64,000 bases of DNA from Spirochaetota bacterium (GCA_026418195.1 JAOABU010000097.1:3997-67996); one strand, 5' to 3'. Positions 9,477 to 19,586 are shown, counted from the first letter of the stretch. Made by a program: numbers and translations. Notes: a model not told the origin generated them from the sequence alone.

Positions 9477-11735
9477 ATGGGTGCAGAAGAGAGAACAAAA
9501 AGGACTCATTCCGCTGGACTTGAAAAGTTATTGAACCCTCATACAGTTGCGGTGATCGGGGCCTCCCCAAAGGAAGACCGAATTGGAGGGATCATCCTGA
9601 AGGAACTTACCCGGTCCCACTGCCTTCTGTATCCCGTGAACCCCAAGTATCAAGCATTGCGTGGGTTGCGCTGCTATGCTTCGGTACTAGATGTTCCTGA
9701 CCGGCTAGATCTCGCCGTGATCACGATTCCCGCTTCTGGGGTTCCCAATGTGTTAGAGGAATGTGGGCTCAAGAGGATCCCCTATGCCATCGTGGTAGCG
9801 GGTGGATTTGGGGAAACCGGGGAAGAGGGAAAGCGTCTACAGGATCGACTGGTAGAGATCCGTTACAAGTATGGGATTCGGATCCTTGGTCCCAACACGT
9901 TGGGCGTATTTTTCCCCGAACAGAGTTTCGATACCATTTTCGTGGAACACGGAGACAAGTCCTTGGCGGGTGGGGGGGGGACGGCCGTCATCTCACAGAG
10001 CGGTTCAGTAGGAATCGAAGCGTTGGGGTTGGCTAGTAACATTGGCTTTGGACTACGGACGTTCGTTGGGTTGGGGAACAAGTGCGACCTGGATGAACTG
10101 GATTTCCTGAACTACTTTGCCAAAGAACCGGGCACTCGGTTAATCGCTTTCTACTTGGAAAACATCAACGAAGGCAGGCAGTTTCTGAAAGCTTGTCGAA
10201 CGGTAAGTCAAGACAAACCTATCGTAGGACTGAAGGCGGGTCGAACCGCGTCGGGAGCCTCAGCAGTGAGTTCTCACACGGGACGTCTGGCAGGAATGGA
10301 TCTGGTGGTAGAGGGGGCCTTTCGTCAGTATGGGATCCTCCGGGTACAGGATGACGAAGAACTTACCGATGTTTGCAGGGCCCTGGAAACGTGTCCCTTA
10401 CCCCAGGGGAACCGGGTAGCGGTGTTGAGCCCTGCGGGAGGATACGGGGTGATTTGTTCCGATTACATTGAAACGCCCCATTCCTTCACTCCCCTTCAGA
10501 TGGCCCGCCTCCTACCGGAAACGGAACAGCGGATCCGGTCCGTCACCCTTCCCTTTGCCTCCTGTCACAATCCAGTGGACATCACAGCCAGCGCCTCGGG
10601 AGAAATGTATGGTCAGGCGATGGAGGCGATCCTCCAGGATCCTGGGGTGGACATCCTGATATGTCTCGTATTTTGGAGCCCGCCCGGCATCGAAGACGAC
10701 CTTCTGGATATTATTGCACGAAGGGTAAAGGGGTCAAACAAGCCTGTCCTTGTGTTCACGACGTATGGACCTTTCACGGATCGATACCTGTTGGAGTTCT
10801 GGAAGCGGGGAGTAGTGGGATATTCTTCCATTGAACGTACCGTTCGTGCTGCTCGGTTTCTAGTGGAACGGAGCATGCAGCTGGAACGCTTTGCGTTAGA
10901 GAAAAGTGAAGCGGGTGCACGAAAAGAGCCCTCTCCACCTCTCCAGGTGTCGGTTAGTCGACCCAAACGCTCCATCCGTCGGGTGGTAGAACAGTGGCTT
11001 TTGAACCTTAAGGAGCCTGGCAAGCCAGACGAGTATGAGGCCAAAGATCTGTTGCGCCGGTTCGGAATTCCTGTGCCCCGGGGAGTACGGGTACCTCCGT
11101 TTCTAAGCAGAGGTCAGGATTCAGGGCTGTATAAAATGAAAGAAGAGGCTGTGAAAAGAGGTATGAAGGCACTGTTGCCGAAACGGTTTACTTTTCCAGC
11201 TGTGGTAAAGGTTTGCGGAGCTAGTTTCCTGCATAAAACAGAACTGGGAGGGGTGAGAATAGGGGTGCTGAAAGGTGAACTGGAAGCCGTTCTATCGGAT
11301 TTTCAACATCGCTTTCCCGGTGCCTTTCTTCTGGTGGAGGAACAGGTGGACTTCCTTCCGCCAGAACTCCTTGTCGGAGGCCTCGAGGATCCCCAGTTTG
11401 GAATGGCGCTGATACTAGGAGCGGGTGGGGTGCTTACCGAGGTGTACAAGGATGTTACCAGTCGCCTCTGTCCCCTTATGGTTCAGGAAGCGGAGCGAAT
11501 GCTTTCTGAACTCAGGATTCGACCCCTGTTCGAAGGCTACCGAGGCCTACCGTTCGACCGAAACGGACTGGTACAGCTTCTGGTGGGGGTTTCTGAACTT
11601 CTCGCTGCCTCCGAAGGAGTTTTGTCCCAGGTGGACTTGAATCCTGTGGTATACAGCCGTGAACGGGGATGGGTTGTCCTGGACGCGAAGATCGTGTTGT
11701 GCGGCATCGGAAGTCCGGGCGGATCTTTGAGGTAG
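9477..11735 (+). CDS. acetate--CoA ligase (ADP-forming), fused alpha/beta subunits
   Basis: CoA-binding N-terminus LLNPHTVAVIGAS, succinyl-CoA-synthetase-like flavodoxin domains, C-terminal ATP-grasp. GGAGG SD. Confidence 0.8.
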   Translation: MGAEERTKRTHSAGLEKLLNPHTVAVIGASPKEDRIGGIILKELTRSHCLLYPVNPKYQALRGLRCYASVLDVPDRLDLAVITIPASGVPNVLEECGLKRIPYAIVVAGGFGETGEEGKRLQDRLVEIRYKYGIRILGPNTLGVFFPEQSFDTIFVEHGDKSLAGGGGTAVISQSGSVGIEALGLASNIGFGLRTFVGLGNKCDLDELDFLNYFAKEPGTRLIAFYLENINEGRQFLKACRTVSQDKPIVGLKAGRTASGASAVSSHTGRLAGMDLVVEGAFRQYGILRVQDDEELTDVCRALETCPLPQGNRVAVLSPAGGYGVICSDYIETPHSFTPLQMARLLPETEQRIRSVTLPFASCHNPVDITASASGEMYGQAMEAILQDPGVDILICLVFWSPPGIEDDLLDIIARRVKGSNKPVLVFTTYGPFTDRYLLEFWKRGVVGYSSIERTVRAARFLVERSMQLERFALEKSEAGARKEPSPPLQVSVSRPKRSIRRVVEQWLLNLKEPGKPDEYEAKDLLRRFGIPVPRGVRVPPFLSRGQDSGLYKMKEEAVKRGMKALLPKRFTFPAVVKVCGASFLHKTELGGVRIGVLKGELEAVLSDFQHRFPGAFLLVEEQVDFLPPELLVGGLEDPQFGMALILGAGGVLTEVYKDVTSRLCPLMVQEAERMLSELRIRPLFEGYRGLPFDRNGLVQLLVGVSELLAASEGVLSQVDLNPVVYSRERGWVVLDAKIVLCGIGSPGGSLR
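9972..9980 (+). repeat. G9 homopolymer inside the acetyl-CoA synthetase CDS
   Basis: ggt ggg ggg ggg acg, encoding AGGGGT; read directly from the sequence. Confidence 0.95.
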
Positions 11736-11749
11736 ATCTCATCTTCCCC

Positions 11750-11778
11750 TTGACTTCCCCTCTCACTCTCCGTATCTT
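11750..11778 (+). promoter_or_regulatory. sigma70-like promoter of the znuABC operon
   Basis: TTGACT (11750-11755), 17-nt spacer, TATCTT (11773-11778). Confidence 0.4.
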
Positions 11779-11795
11779 ACCCATGTAGTAATAAT

Positions 11796-11810
11796 TGCAA
11801 ATAATTTGCA
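11796..11810 (+). promoter_or_regulatory. perfect 7-1-7 palindrome, candidate Zur/TroR-type metalloregulator operator
   Basis: TGCAAAT-A-ATTTGCA lies between the putative -10 and the GGAGG SD of the metal-binding-protein gene. Confidence 0.5.
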
Positions 11811-11825
11811 TTTTTGGAGGCGCTT

Positions 11826-12776
11826 ATGCGTCTACGGCCGAGAGCGACATGGGCGGGATTGAAGCTTATTGCGGTGATAGGAATCGGTTTAACCATCGTC
11901 CTTTCCCTCTCTGCGGGGGGAAAAAAAGAACTTACCTCGCCAACTCCCCAAGTAAATGCTGGAAAACCCGTAGTAGTGGTGAGTATCCTTCCGCAAAAGT
12001 ACTTCGTGCGACGAATTGGAGGTGACTCCGTATCAGTGTTGACCCTAGTGGGGCCCGGGCAAAACCATCATACCTATGAGATAACCCCGAGGCAGATGGA
12101 AGAATTGTCCATGGCAAAGGTATGGATCCTGGCGAACATCGATTTCGAGGACAGGATCAAACAAAAAGTCGCTGCTCTGTACCCGAACCTTACGCTAGTG
12201 GATGGGACAGCAGGGGTCAAGTTCCGATTGCTGGAGGCTCACGACCATGATGCTGACCCGAAGGGGGAAAGGGAAAAGACCCATGAACTGGAGCGAGACC
12301 GGCATACCTGGTTGGGGCAGGAGCCTGCGAAGATTCTGGCGGGTCACGTTCAGAAGGCGTTAGGTCGATTGATGCCCCATAAAGTCGAGGAGTTTCAAAA
12401 AAACTATGACTCATTGGTTCGGGAGATCGATGGTGTGTTCAATGAGTTGAAGAAGGATTTGGCTCCTTTAAAGGGAAAATCGATCTATGTGTACCATCCA
12501 GCCTTCGGCTACTTTCTGGATGAGTTCGAGATCGTACAGAAAGCGGTCGAAACAGGTGGAAAAGAACCGAATCCGCAGACCCTTGCATCCCTGATACAGA
12601 GTGCAAAGAAGGACAGGGTAAAAGCGATCTTTGTGCAAGCACAGTTCCCTACCCAAGCGGCTCAAACCCTGGCAAAGGAACTTAAAGCGGAGGTTGTTCC
12701 CCTGGATCCTCTTGCGGAGAACTGGCTTGAAAATATTCGAAGGATGGGAGAAGCGTTGAAAAAGGCTATACGGTGA
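11826..12776 (+). CDS. znuA: metal (probably zinc) ABC transporter substrate-binding protein, ZnuA/TroA family
   Basis: Cluster-9 SBP layout with an acidic, His-rich loop EAHDHDADPKGEREKTHELERDRH. The ATG at 11826 follows a GGAGG SD. Confidence 0.7.
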   Translation: MRLRPRATWAGLKLIAVIGIGLTIVLSLSAGGKKELTSPTPQVNAGKPVVVVSILPQKYFVRRIGGDSVSVLTLVGPGQNHHTYEITPRQMEELSMAKVWILANIDFEDRIKQKVAALYPNLTLVDGTAGVKFRLLEAHDHDADPKGEREKTHELERDRHTWLGQEPAKILAGHVQKALGRLMPHKVEEFQKNYDSLVREIDGVFNELKKDLAPLKGKSIYVYHPAFGYFLDEFEIVQKAVETGGKEPNPQTLASLIQSAKKDRVKAIFVQAQFPTQAAQTLAKELKAEVVPLDPLAENWLENIRRMGEALKKAIR

Positions 12777-12801
12777 ACGGCATCGCTGGGTATTATACTT
12801 T

Positions 12802-13635
12802 ATGAAGAATGTCAGAACCATGGTAAGCAGGGGCATACAGAAGGACATTGTGATCCAGTTCGAAGGGGTAGCTTTCTCGTACGGAAGCATTGCTGTCCTA
12901 GAAAACGTGCATTTTCATATTCATCGGGGAGAGTTCATTGCATTGGTAGGACCTAACGGTGCGGGGAAATCCACGGTGCTGAAACTCCTTCTCGGTCTGG
13001 AAAAACCCAACACAGGAAGGATCCATGTACTAGGAATGGATCCAGAAGATGCGAGGGCTCGGATCGGGTATATCCCTCAGCATGCAGATCTCGATCCGAG
13101 CTTCCCTATTTCAGTATGGGAAGTAGTGCGGATGGGACGTTTGCGAGGGTTACAACGGTTTCGCCCGGAAGATAAAGAAGCGATAGCCCGTGCTCTTGCC
13201 CAAGTGGAGGTGGAAGATCTTGCCTCCCGTTCCTTTTCAGCCCTTTCGGGTGGACAGCGCCGTCGGGTCTTGGTAGCCCGAGCGTTAGCGGCGGAACCGG
13301 AGATCCTTGTGATGGACGAACCTACTACCAACATGGATGCGGAAAGTGAAACCCGTCTCTATAAAACCCTAGGTAATCTCAAAGGCAACACCACGATCCT
13401 CATCGTTACCCATGATACAGAGTTCGTTTCTGCGTTGACGGATCGGGTTCTTTGTGTGGGTAAGCGATCAACGGATGGAAAGGCTCATGCCTTAGTCCAG
13501 CATCGGACGGTTCAGGTGCCGGAAAGTCCGTTAGATCTGTATGGAGGGCAGGTGGCAAAGGTCCTTCATGAGGAAACGCTCCCAGAGGATAGTTGCTGCA
13601 TCGAAGTCAGATCCGGTGTAGAGGGGAAGGTATGA
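12802..13635 (+). CDS. znuC: metal ABC transporter ATP-binding protein
   Basis: Walker A GPNGAGKST, signature LSGGQRRR, Walker B ILVMDEP. Confidence 0.8.
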   Translation: MKNVRTMVSRGIQKDIVIQFEGVAFSYGSIAVLENVHFHIHRGEFIALVGPNGAGKSTVLKLLLGLEKPNTGRIHVLGMDPEDARARIGYIPQHADLDPSFPISVWEVVRMGRLRGLQRFRPEDKEAIARALAQVEVEDLASRSFSALSGGQRRRVLVARALAAEPEILVMDEPTTNMDAESETRLYKTLGNLKGNTTILIVTHDTEFVSALTDRVLCVGKRSTDGKAHALVQHRTVQVPESPLDLYGGQVAKVLHEETLPEDSCCIEVRSGVEGKV

Positions 13636-14492
13636 GAGGGTTCTTCAACGCTCTCCTTGATCCTTCGCTTCCCTTCCTCCGGAACGCCCTGTATGCGGGA
13701 ATCCTATCCTCCATCTTATTTGGAGTGGTGGGAGCGGTAGTTACGGTGAGACGGATTGCAGGGTTAGCGGGCTCCATCTCCCATGCGGTTCTTGGGGGGA
13801 TCGGTCTATCCCTATTCCTGTCGGTCCATAAGATCGTCCCTGGAATGAGCCCTCTCACAGGAGCCCTCGGGTTTGCTATCCTATCCGCCCTTATTATTGG
13901 GTTGGTGTCTCTAAAGGCGAAACAGAGGGTAGACACAGCGATCAATGCTATCTGGGCCATTGGGATGAGCTTGGGTGTCCTGTTCCTGGCCAAGACTCCC
14001 GGGTATACGGACCTCATGAGTTATCTTTTTGGGAATATCCTATTTATTTCTACCCAGAATCTAGTCCTACTAGCTATCCTCGATGTTGGGATCCTGTTCC
14101 TAGCCTATCGATTTTACCCCCAGCTGGAAGCTTCTGCCTTCGATGAAGAGTTCGCTAAAGTGCGGGGAGTGCCTACCGAAGTTCTTTTCCTGGTAATTCT
14201 GGTCCTTACTGCCGTGGCCGTGGTACTCCTGCAAACTTTTATCGGTCTAGTGATGGTGATCGCCATGCTGACCCTACCACCCGGGACCGCTTCCCATCTA
14301 TCCCGAAACCTTGTCTCCCTCATGGTATGGGGGGTGGTGTTTTCGTTCCTGTTCACTTTCGGCGGATTAGCGTTGAGTTGGATTTACGACCTACCTACTG
14401 GTGCCATGGTGGTGGTCGTTGCAGGAGCAGTGTATTTGGTGGGAACAGGAGTAAAGGCACTGAGATTGAAGGGTAAGTTTCAAAAGAATTAA
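13632..14492 (+). CDS. znuB: metal ABC transporter permease (ABC-3 family)
   Basis: Polytopic membrane protein with ATGA overlap with znuC. Start taken at MRGFFNALLD. Confidence 0.75.
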   Translation: MRGFFNALLDPSLPFLRNALYAGILSSILFGVVGAVVTVRRIAGLAGSISHAVLGGIGLSLFLSVHKIVPGMSPLTGALGFAILSALIIGLVSLKAKQRVDTAINAIWAIGMSLGVLFLAKTPGYTDLMSYLFGNILFISTQNLVLLAILDVGILFLAYRFYPQLEASAFDEEFAKVRGVPTEVLFLVILVLTAVAVVLLQTFIGLVMVIAMLTLPPGTASHLSRNLVSLMVWGVVFSFLFTFGGLALSWIYDLPTGAMVVVVAGAVYLVGTGVKALRLKGKFQKN

Positions 14493-14838
14493 AGATGAAG
14501 AAGAAACGTTAGATCAATGGTATAAAATAAAATAGGTATTGTATTACTGCTGTACCATTCATTACTCCGTTAGGAAGCGCTTTTCATTTGTACATAGTAA
14601 TTTCTCTCTTTCTCCTATGAGTACATACTTGCAATTCTCTTATAGGGTTATAACCAAGAGGTTGTATGACTAGCCTAGGAAAAATTGGGCGTAAGGTAAT
14701 GCTGGATTGGTAAAAAGCGATTTTTCTCAGCAAATAACAGAACGCTGAATTTGGATTTTCGAATTTCAGGTAAAAATTGTATTGCCAATATGCAAAAGGG
14801 TAGTAATATAACAACAAATATGGAGCAGGAGGTACTAC

Positions 14839-15814
14839 ATGAACAGTGGGAATAAATATTTGTATCGACATTCTATTTTCTTTATAAGTATGAGTTTGAT
14901 TACCTCGTATGGATTCGCTGGAGGCGTTTCTGAGAAAAAAATTGAGTCAAAGATTGTTAAGATCGCTAATTTTTATGCACCTTCACATCCTGTGAACGTT
15001 TATTTACGTGAAAAGTTTGTTCCGCTGATATCTGAAGGAACCCAAGGTCGCTATGAGGTAGAAGTCTATGATAGTTCGAGCTTGGGGGCGGAGAGAGAAT
15101 TAACTGAAGGAGTAAGAATCGGAACCATTGAGATGGGAATTGCTGGAAGGTTGTTATCCGCAACATACCCAAAACTAAAAGTTCTGGAATTGTCTTTTAT
15201 GTTCAGCGATTATGAACATTGCTGGAAGGTATTCGATGGACCATTAGCTAAAGATTTTGAATCGGAGTTTGATAAGGCAGGATTGAAAGTGCTGGCATGG
15301 ATTGGTAACGGGTTCAGGGTATTCTCGAACAGCGTTAGGCCAATAAAATCAGTAAATGATTGTGTGGGAATAAAAATGAGAATGCCAGAAAACGAAGTGT
15401 ATGTAAACACAGCAAAGGCGCTAGACTTCACCGTAGTTACTATGCCTCTTTCGGAGGTTTTTAACGCTCTAAGCACGAAAGTGATCGATGGGCAAGATAA
15501 TCCGATCGCGACACTTTATGCTTCCAAGTTTTATGAAGTCCAAAAGTATGTAGCCATAACAAACCATATTTTCAGTCATGGTTCCATTGTAATTAACACC
15601 AAACTATGGACTACGGTATCCGATAGAAAGGAAACTCCTTGCTGAAGGGGATAATGATCTGATTGCTAAAATTAAAGCCGCCGGTCTAGAGTTCACCTAT
15701 CCCAAATTGGAAGAATTCAGGAATGCAACAAAAAACGTAAGAGACGTTTTTGCAAAGAACTATGATTGGACTCCCTCTTTAATCGACAAGATAATAGCAG
15801 CTGGAAATAAATGA
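14839..15814 (+). pseudogene. TRAP transporter substrate-binding protein (DctP family), frameshifted
   Basis: A DctP-like ORF stops at 15645. The expected C-terminal ~56 aa (ERKLLAEGDNDLIAKIKAAGLEF...IDKIIAAGNK) continue in the +1 frame to 15814. Confidence 0.6.
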
Positions 15815-15872
15815 AAATAGGTGAGATAGCCGTGCTCGATATGGCACGGTGAAAGTTTTATTGGAGTATATT

Positions 15873-16355
15873 ATGAAAGGGGTTGCATTCACAATAAAAC
15901 TTTTTGAAAACATTCTGAAAGCTACAATTATTGGAATTCTATTTTGTATGGTTATACTAGTTTTTTCCAATGTGATAGCTCGATACTTTTTCCATTCGGC
16001 AATTACTTGGGCTGATAAAATTGCTCGTTTTCTTTTCATCTGGCTTACCTTTTTAGGTACAGCTTTGGCTCTGCATCAAGGTTTACATATAGGCATGGAC
16101 GTTTTAACGTCACGCTTGAGTGTGAGAAAGAAGAATGTTGTAGAGATTGCTGGTTTCATTTTTATACTTGCATTTCTTTTAGTAGTATGGTTATTATTTA
16201 GTTTCGTAGTCGTAAAGGTAAATTTAGGGTATAAAGCTCCGGGAAGTGGTCTGCCTATAGTGCTTGTCTATTTTATTGGTCCTATAGCCTCCTTTTTCAT
16301 GATTGGTTTTTCTATAGGGCATGTAATCCATCTCATTAAAAATTTGAAGGCTTAA
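15873..16355 (+). CDS. TRAP transporter small permease (DctQ family)
   Basis: About 160 aa, 4 predicted TM segments, positioned between the dctP and dctM homologues. Confidence 0.65.
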   Translation: MKGVAFTIKLFENILKATIIGILFCMVILVFSNVIARYFFHSAITWADKIARFLFIWLTFLGTALALHQGLHIGMDVLTSRLSVRKKNVVEIAGFIFILAFLLVVWLLFSFVVVKVNLGYKAPGSGLPIVLVYFIGPIASFFMIGFSIGHVIHLIKNLKA

Positions 16356-16370
16356 ATATAGGGGAAATTC

Positions 16371-17647
16371 ATGTTGTTCTGGTTTCTGGGTATATTTATA
16401 CTATTATTGCTTATGGGAATTCCTATCTCTTTTTGTCTTAGTATAACTATGCTTTTATTGGTATTAACACAGACTACACTTCCGCTCATTTTAATACCAC
16501 AACAGCTCATTATTGGAGCGGACAACTTCACTCTTATGGCTATACCTTTCTTTATGCTTGCTGCTAAGTTCATGAGTGGTGGAGGAATCACGAAACGAAT
16601 CATGGATTTCGTGAACTCACTTATAGGATGGATTACAGGTGGTCTGGCTTTAGTTAATGTAGGGGCTAATATGCTAATGGCGGGATTATCAGGTTCATCA
16701 GTAGCCGATGCGGCTATGATGGGATCGATTCTTATACCTGCAATGAAAGAAAAAGGCTATAGCGCAGATTTTTCTGCAGCTCTCACATCATGCGCATCAA
16801 CTATAGGAATTATTATCCCTCCGAGTATTCCTATGATCCTGCTAGGATTTATTTCTAACATATCCGTTGTTAGACTATTCTTAGGAGGGGTTTTCCCAGG
16901 AATTTTGGTTGGTGTGTTTCTTATGGGAGTAGCCTACTATTATTCTCGAAAGAATGGCTATCCTAAGGAGAATCGTGTAGGATTACGGGAGATAGGTAAA
17001 AGATTTGTCTCAACTTTTGGGCATTGATGCTTCCTGTTGTTATCATGGGAGGGATTCTGGCTGGAATATTTACGGTTACTGAAGCTTCCGCGATATCTGT
17101 GGTATATGCTTTTATTGTTGCTAAGTTTGTTTATCGGGAATTGACCTGGCGTAAATTATTGGAGGCTTTTCTTAAAGCGGGAATTAACGCAGCTACTATC
17201 ATGTTTATCGTAACTACAGCATATGGTGTCGCATGGCTCTTGAATAGTGCACAGGTTCCTCAAAAGATAGCTTCAAGCTTGAGAATGCTGACATCGAATC
17301 CTTTAATGTTTCTTTTCTTGGTCAATATTTTACTTTTAATTGTAGGCGCTGTAATGGACCTTACTGCTGCTCTTCTTATACTTGGTCCCATACTGCTGCC
17401 TATTGCCGTACAATTCGGACTAAATCCCATTCATTTTGGGGTAGTGTTTGTGACCAATCTCGCAATAGGTTTAGTGACTCCACCAGTTGGTTCTTGCTTA
17501 TATTTAACTGTCAATTTTTCGGGTGAATCCGTTACAAAAATCATTAAAGCTTCAATACCATTTTTAACAGTAGAAATACTGGTTCTTTTTTTAATTACCT
17601 ATATAGAACCGATTGTCATGTGGTTGCCGAGATACCTTCTCCGATAA
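16371..17647 (+). pseudogene. TRAP transporter large permease (DctM family), split by a frameshift
   Basis: Two ORFs of 218 and 207 aa together equal the 425-aa intact paralogue at 19596-20873. The junction lies at a T4/G3 run (17015-17020). Adding one nt there gives ...STFWALMLPVV, which matches the paralogue sequence GIMWALIFPII. Confidence 0.65.
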
Positions 17648-18038
17648 AATAGTTATATTATTAACATTCTTCTAAATTTTGCCTACCGATACAATCCTGA
17701 TGAAATGCGCAAAGTGAAGCAGAATTAACTAATTGAGAGAAAGGTTTTGAAGTTTCAATCAGAATTTGCTGGTACTTGATCTAATTAGTAAGTATTAAAC
17801 TGACGCTGAGATGGAAACGCATGTCATTAAAATTGCAGTGGAAAATTGAGAAAAAGAATGGATCGTTTCTTTTTCTAATAAAAAGTGGAAAGAGAATGAA
17901 CTTAGAATTGCTCTCATTCCTTCCATGATGATGGATGAGCAGGATGTTTGGTTTGCTCGAATTTTTATAGGAAGATTACGAGAAAAGACTAATCGTTAGT
18001 CCTTTTCACATGAATCCTGTAGTAATATTTAAAAACTA

Positions 18039-18067
18039 TTGACAAAACTCATATTTGTTGTAAAAAT
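18039..18067 (+). promoter_or_regulatory. sigma70-like promoter of the intact TRAP/catabolic operon
   Basis: TTGACA (18039-18044), a 16-17 nt spacer, then TAAAAAT. AGGAGG SD before the ATG at 18102. Confidence 0.5.
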
Positions 18068-18101
18068 ACTACAATTAGTAATCATACTACAGGAGGTTTA
18101 A

Positions 18102-19097
18102 ATGAGAAAGCTTGTAGTCTTCGTCTGTATGGTGGGTTTAGTATTGTCAGCCTGGAGTGGAGGCAAGCAGGAAACTGAAAAATTGGTGATTAAAATTGGA
18201 TACGGTACTGCGGGGGGGCCAATTCATGACGCTGCAATGGAACTGGAAAAGCGGATCGAAGCTGCTGATCCGAAGATCGACATTCAAGTATTCCCTGGTG
18301 GCCAGTTAGGTTCAGAAGGTGAGATAGTGGGGCAGTTGCAGGCAGGTCTAACCGACCTCCTACCGACAACCACAGGTCCTTTAGGACAGCACAATCCCAT
18401 CTACTATGTACTGGAAAGCCCTTTCATATTCTTTTCTGAAAGCCAGGTCGACAAGATTTTGGATGGGCCGGTTGGAGAAAAGTTTCTTAAAGGATTGGAG
18501 TCAAAAGGGCTCATAGGGATTGCCTTCTGGGAAAACGGGTTCCGCCAGATAACAAACAACATCCGTCCGATTAAGGCACCTTCGGATCTGAAAGGAATCA
18601 AGTTGCGGACCCAACAGAACCAACTGCATATGAAGTATTTCAACGATTTGGGTGCAAATCCAACTCCCATGGCGTTCACCGAAATTTACAACGCATTGGC
18701 AACGAAGGTGGTTGATGGTCAGGAGAATCCCTTTTCGTTAATAGCTACCAACAAATTCTACGAGGTGCAAAAGTACGTTTCAAAAACAGACCATGTGTAT
18801 TCCGCTGTTCCCTTTTTCGTCTCCAAAATAAAATGGGACAAATACCCACAAAAGACTCAAAAATTATTATGGGATACGATCGCTGAGTTACGTTTATGGC
18901 AAAGAAAAAGAGGAAGGGATTTACAGGGTCAGTATCTCGCGGAAATTTCCAAGAAATCGGAAGTGTACATCCTCACCGATTCAGAGAAGAGCGCGTTCCA
19001 AGCTGCAGCAACCGGAGCTTACACATGGGCGAAGCAACAGTATGGAACATCATATGAATCATTGTTAACCGAAGTTTTAGAAGCCGTAAAAAAGTAA
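18102..19097 (+). CDS. TRAP transporter substrate-binding protein (DctP family)
   Basis: Signal peptide followed by a DctP-family sequence (FWENGFRQITNN..., KFYEVQKY). Intact at 331 aa. Confidence 0.8.
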   Translation: MRKLVVFVCMVGLVLSAWSGGKQETEKLVIKIGYGTAGGPIHDAAMELEKRIEAADPKIDIQVFPGGQLGSEGEIVGQLQAGLTDLLPTTTGPLGQHNPIYYVLESPFIFFSESQVDKILDGPVGEKFLKGLESKGLIGIAFWENGFRQITNNIRPIKAPSDLKGIKLRTQQNQLHMKYFNDLGANPTPMAFTEIYNALATKVVDGQENPFSLIATNKFYEVQKYVSKTDHVYSAVPFFVSKIKWDKYPQKTQKLLWDTIAELRLWQRKRGRDLQGQYLAEISKKSEVYILTDSEKSAFQAAATGAYTWAKQQYGTSYESLLTEVLEAVKK

Positions 19098-19115
19098 ATA
19101 CAGCTGGGGGAGAGG

Positions 19116-19586
19116 ATGGCGGGAAAAATCGTTATATTCATTAAAAACGTTGAACTGGCGGTCTTGAGCGTCCTTGGGCTTGGCGCCACAACTATAATGG
19201 TGGTAAACGCTACAGGTAGGTACATATTAGGGAGCTCTATCGCGTGGGCTGAAGAGGTTGTACGGATCCTTTATGTCTGGGCAGTGTTCATTGCCATCAG
19301 TCATGGGTTCATTGAACATCAGCATATAGGGTTTAAGAACATTTCTTCCAGCACGCGAACCACCAGATATCTCTCGGACGTATTGTATGCCGCCTCTCTC
19401 TCTTTCGTCGGTAGTGCTTTGAGTTATTATGGTTGGATGTATAATTCCATGACGGGAGCAGTCCCTTTGCCAGGTACAAACCTTCCTACGGCGATTCTTA
19501 TGCTCCCGGGAATACTTTCCGGAATCCTTTGGACGATCCTAGGGATCATTAGATTGTATCAATTAGTATTTATCCGCGAAAGATAA
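19116..19586 (+). CDS. TRAP transporter small permease (DctQ family)
   Basis: 156 aa, 4 TM segments, in the canonical P-Q-M order. Confidence 0.75.
   Translation: MAGKIVIFIKNVELAVLSVLGLGATTIMVVNATGRYILGSSIAWAEEVVRILYVWAVFIAISHGFIEHQHIGFKNISSSTRTTRYLSDVLYAASLSFVGSALSYYGWMYNSMTGAVPLPGTNLPTAILMLPGILSGILWTILGIIRLYQLVFIRER

Noticed and set aside
14562-14576. Possible att-like direct repeat flanking the island: TTACTccgTTAGGAA (14562-14576) versus TTACTacaTTAGGAA (25236-25250).
   Set aside because: Only 12 of 15 positions are identical. My rough estimate is that a match this good arises by chance about 0.4 times between two ~100-nt AT-rich flanks, and no integrase or tRNA supports it.
14584-14871. 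95-aa minus-strand ORF in the AT-rich left border of the island.
   Set aside because: It has no SD, an aromatic-rich composition that does not look like a natural protein, and it overlaps the dctP start region. It is most likely a chance ORF.
17648-18101. The 450-nt non-coding spacer between the two TRAP operons, examined for a transposase or integrase relic or an RNA gene. It includes a 10-bp AT-rich hairpin at 17849-17876.
   Set aside because: Only very short ORFs with no recognisable motif are present. The hairpin is all A/T with no clear U-tract, so a terminator call is weak. No tRNA-like or known riboswitch pattern was seen.
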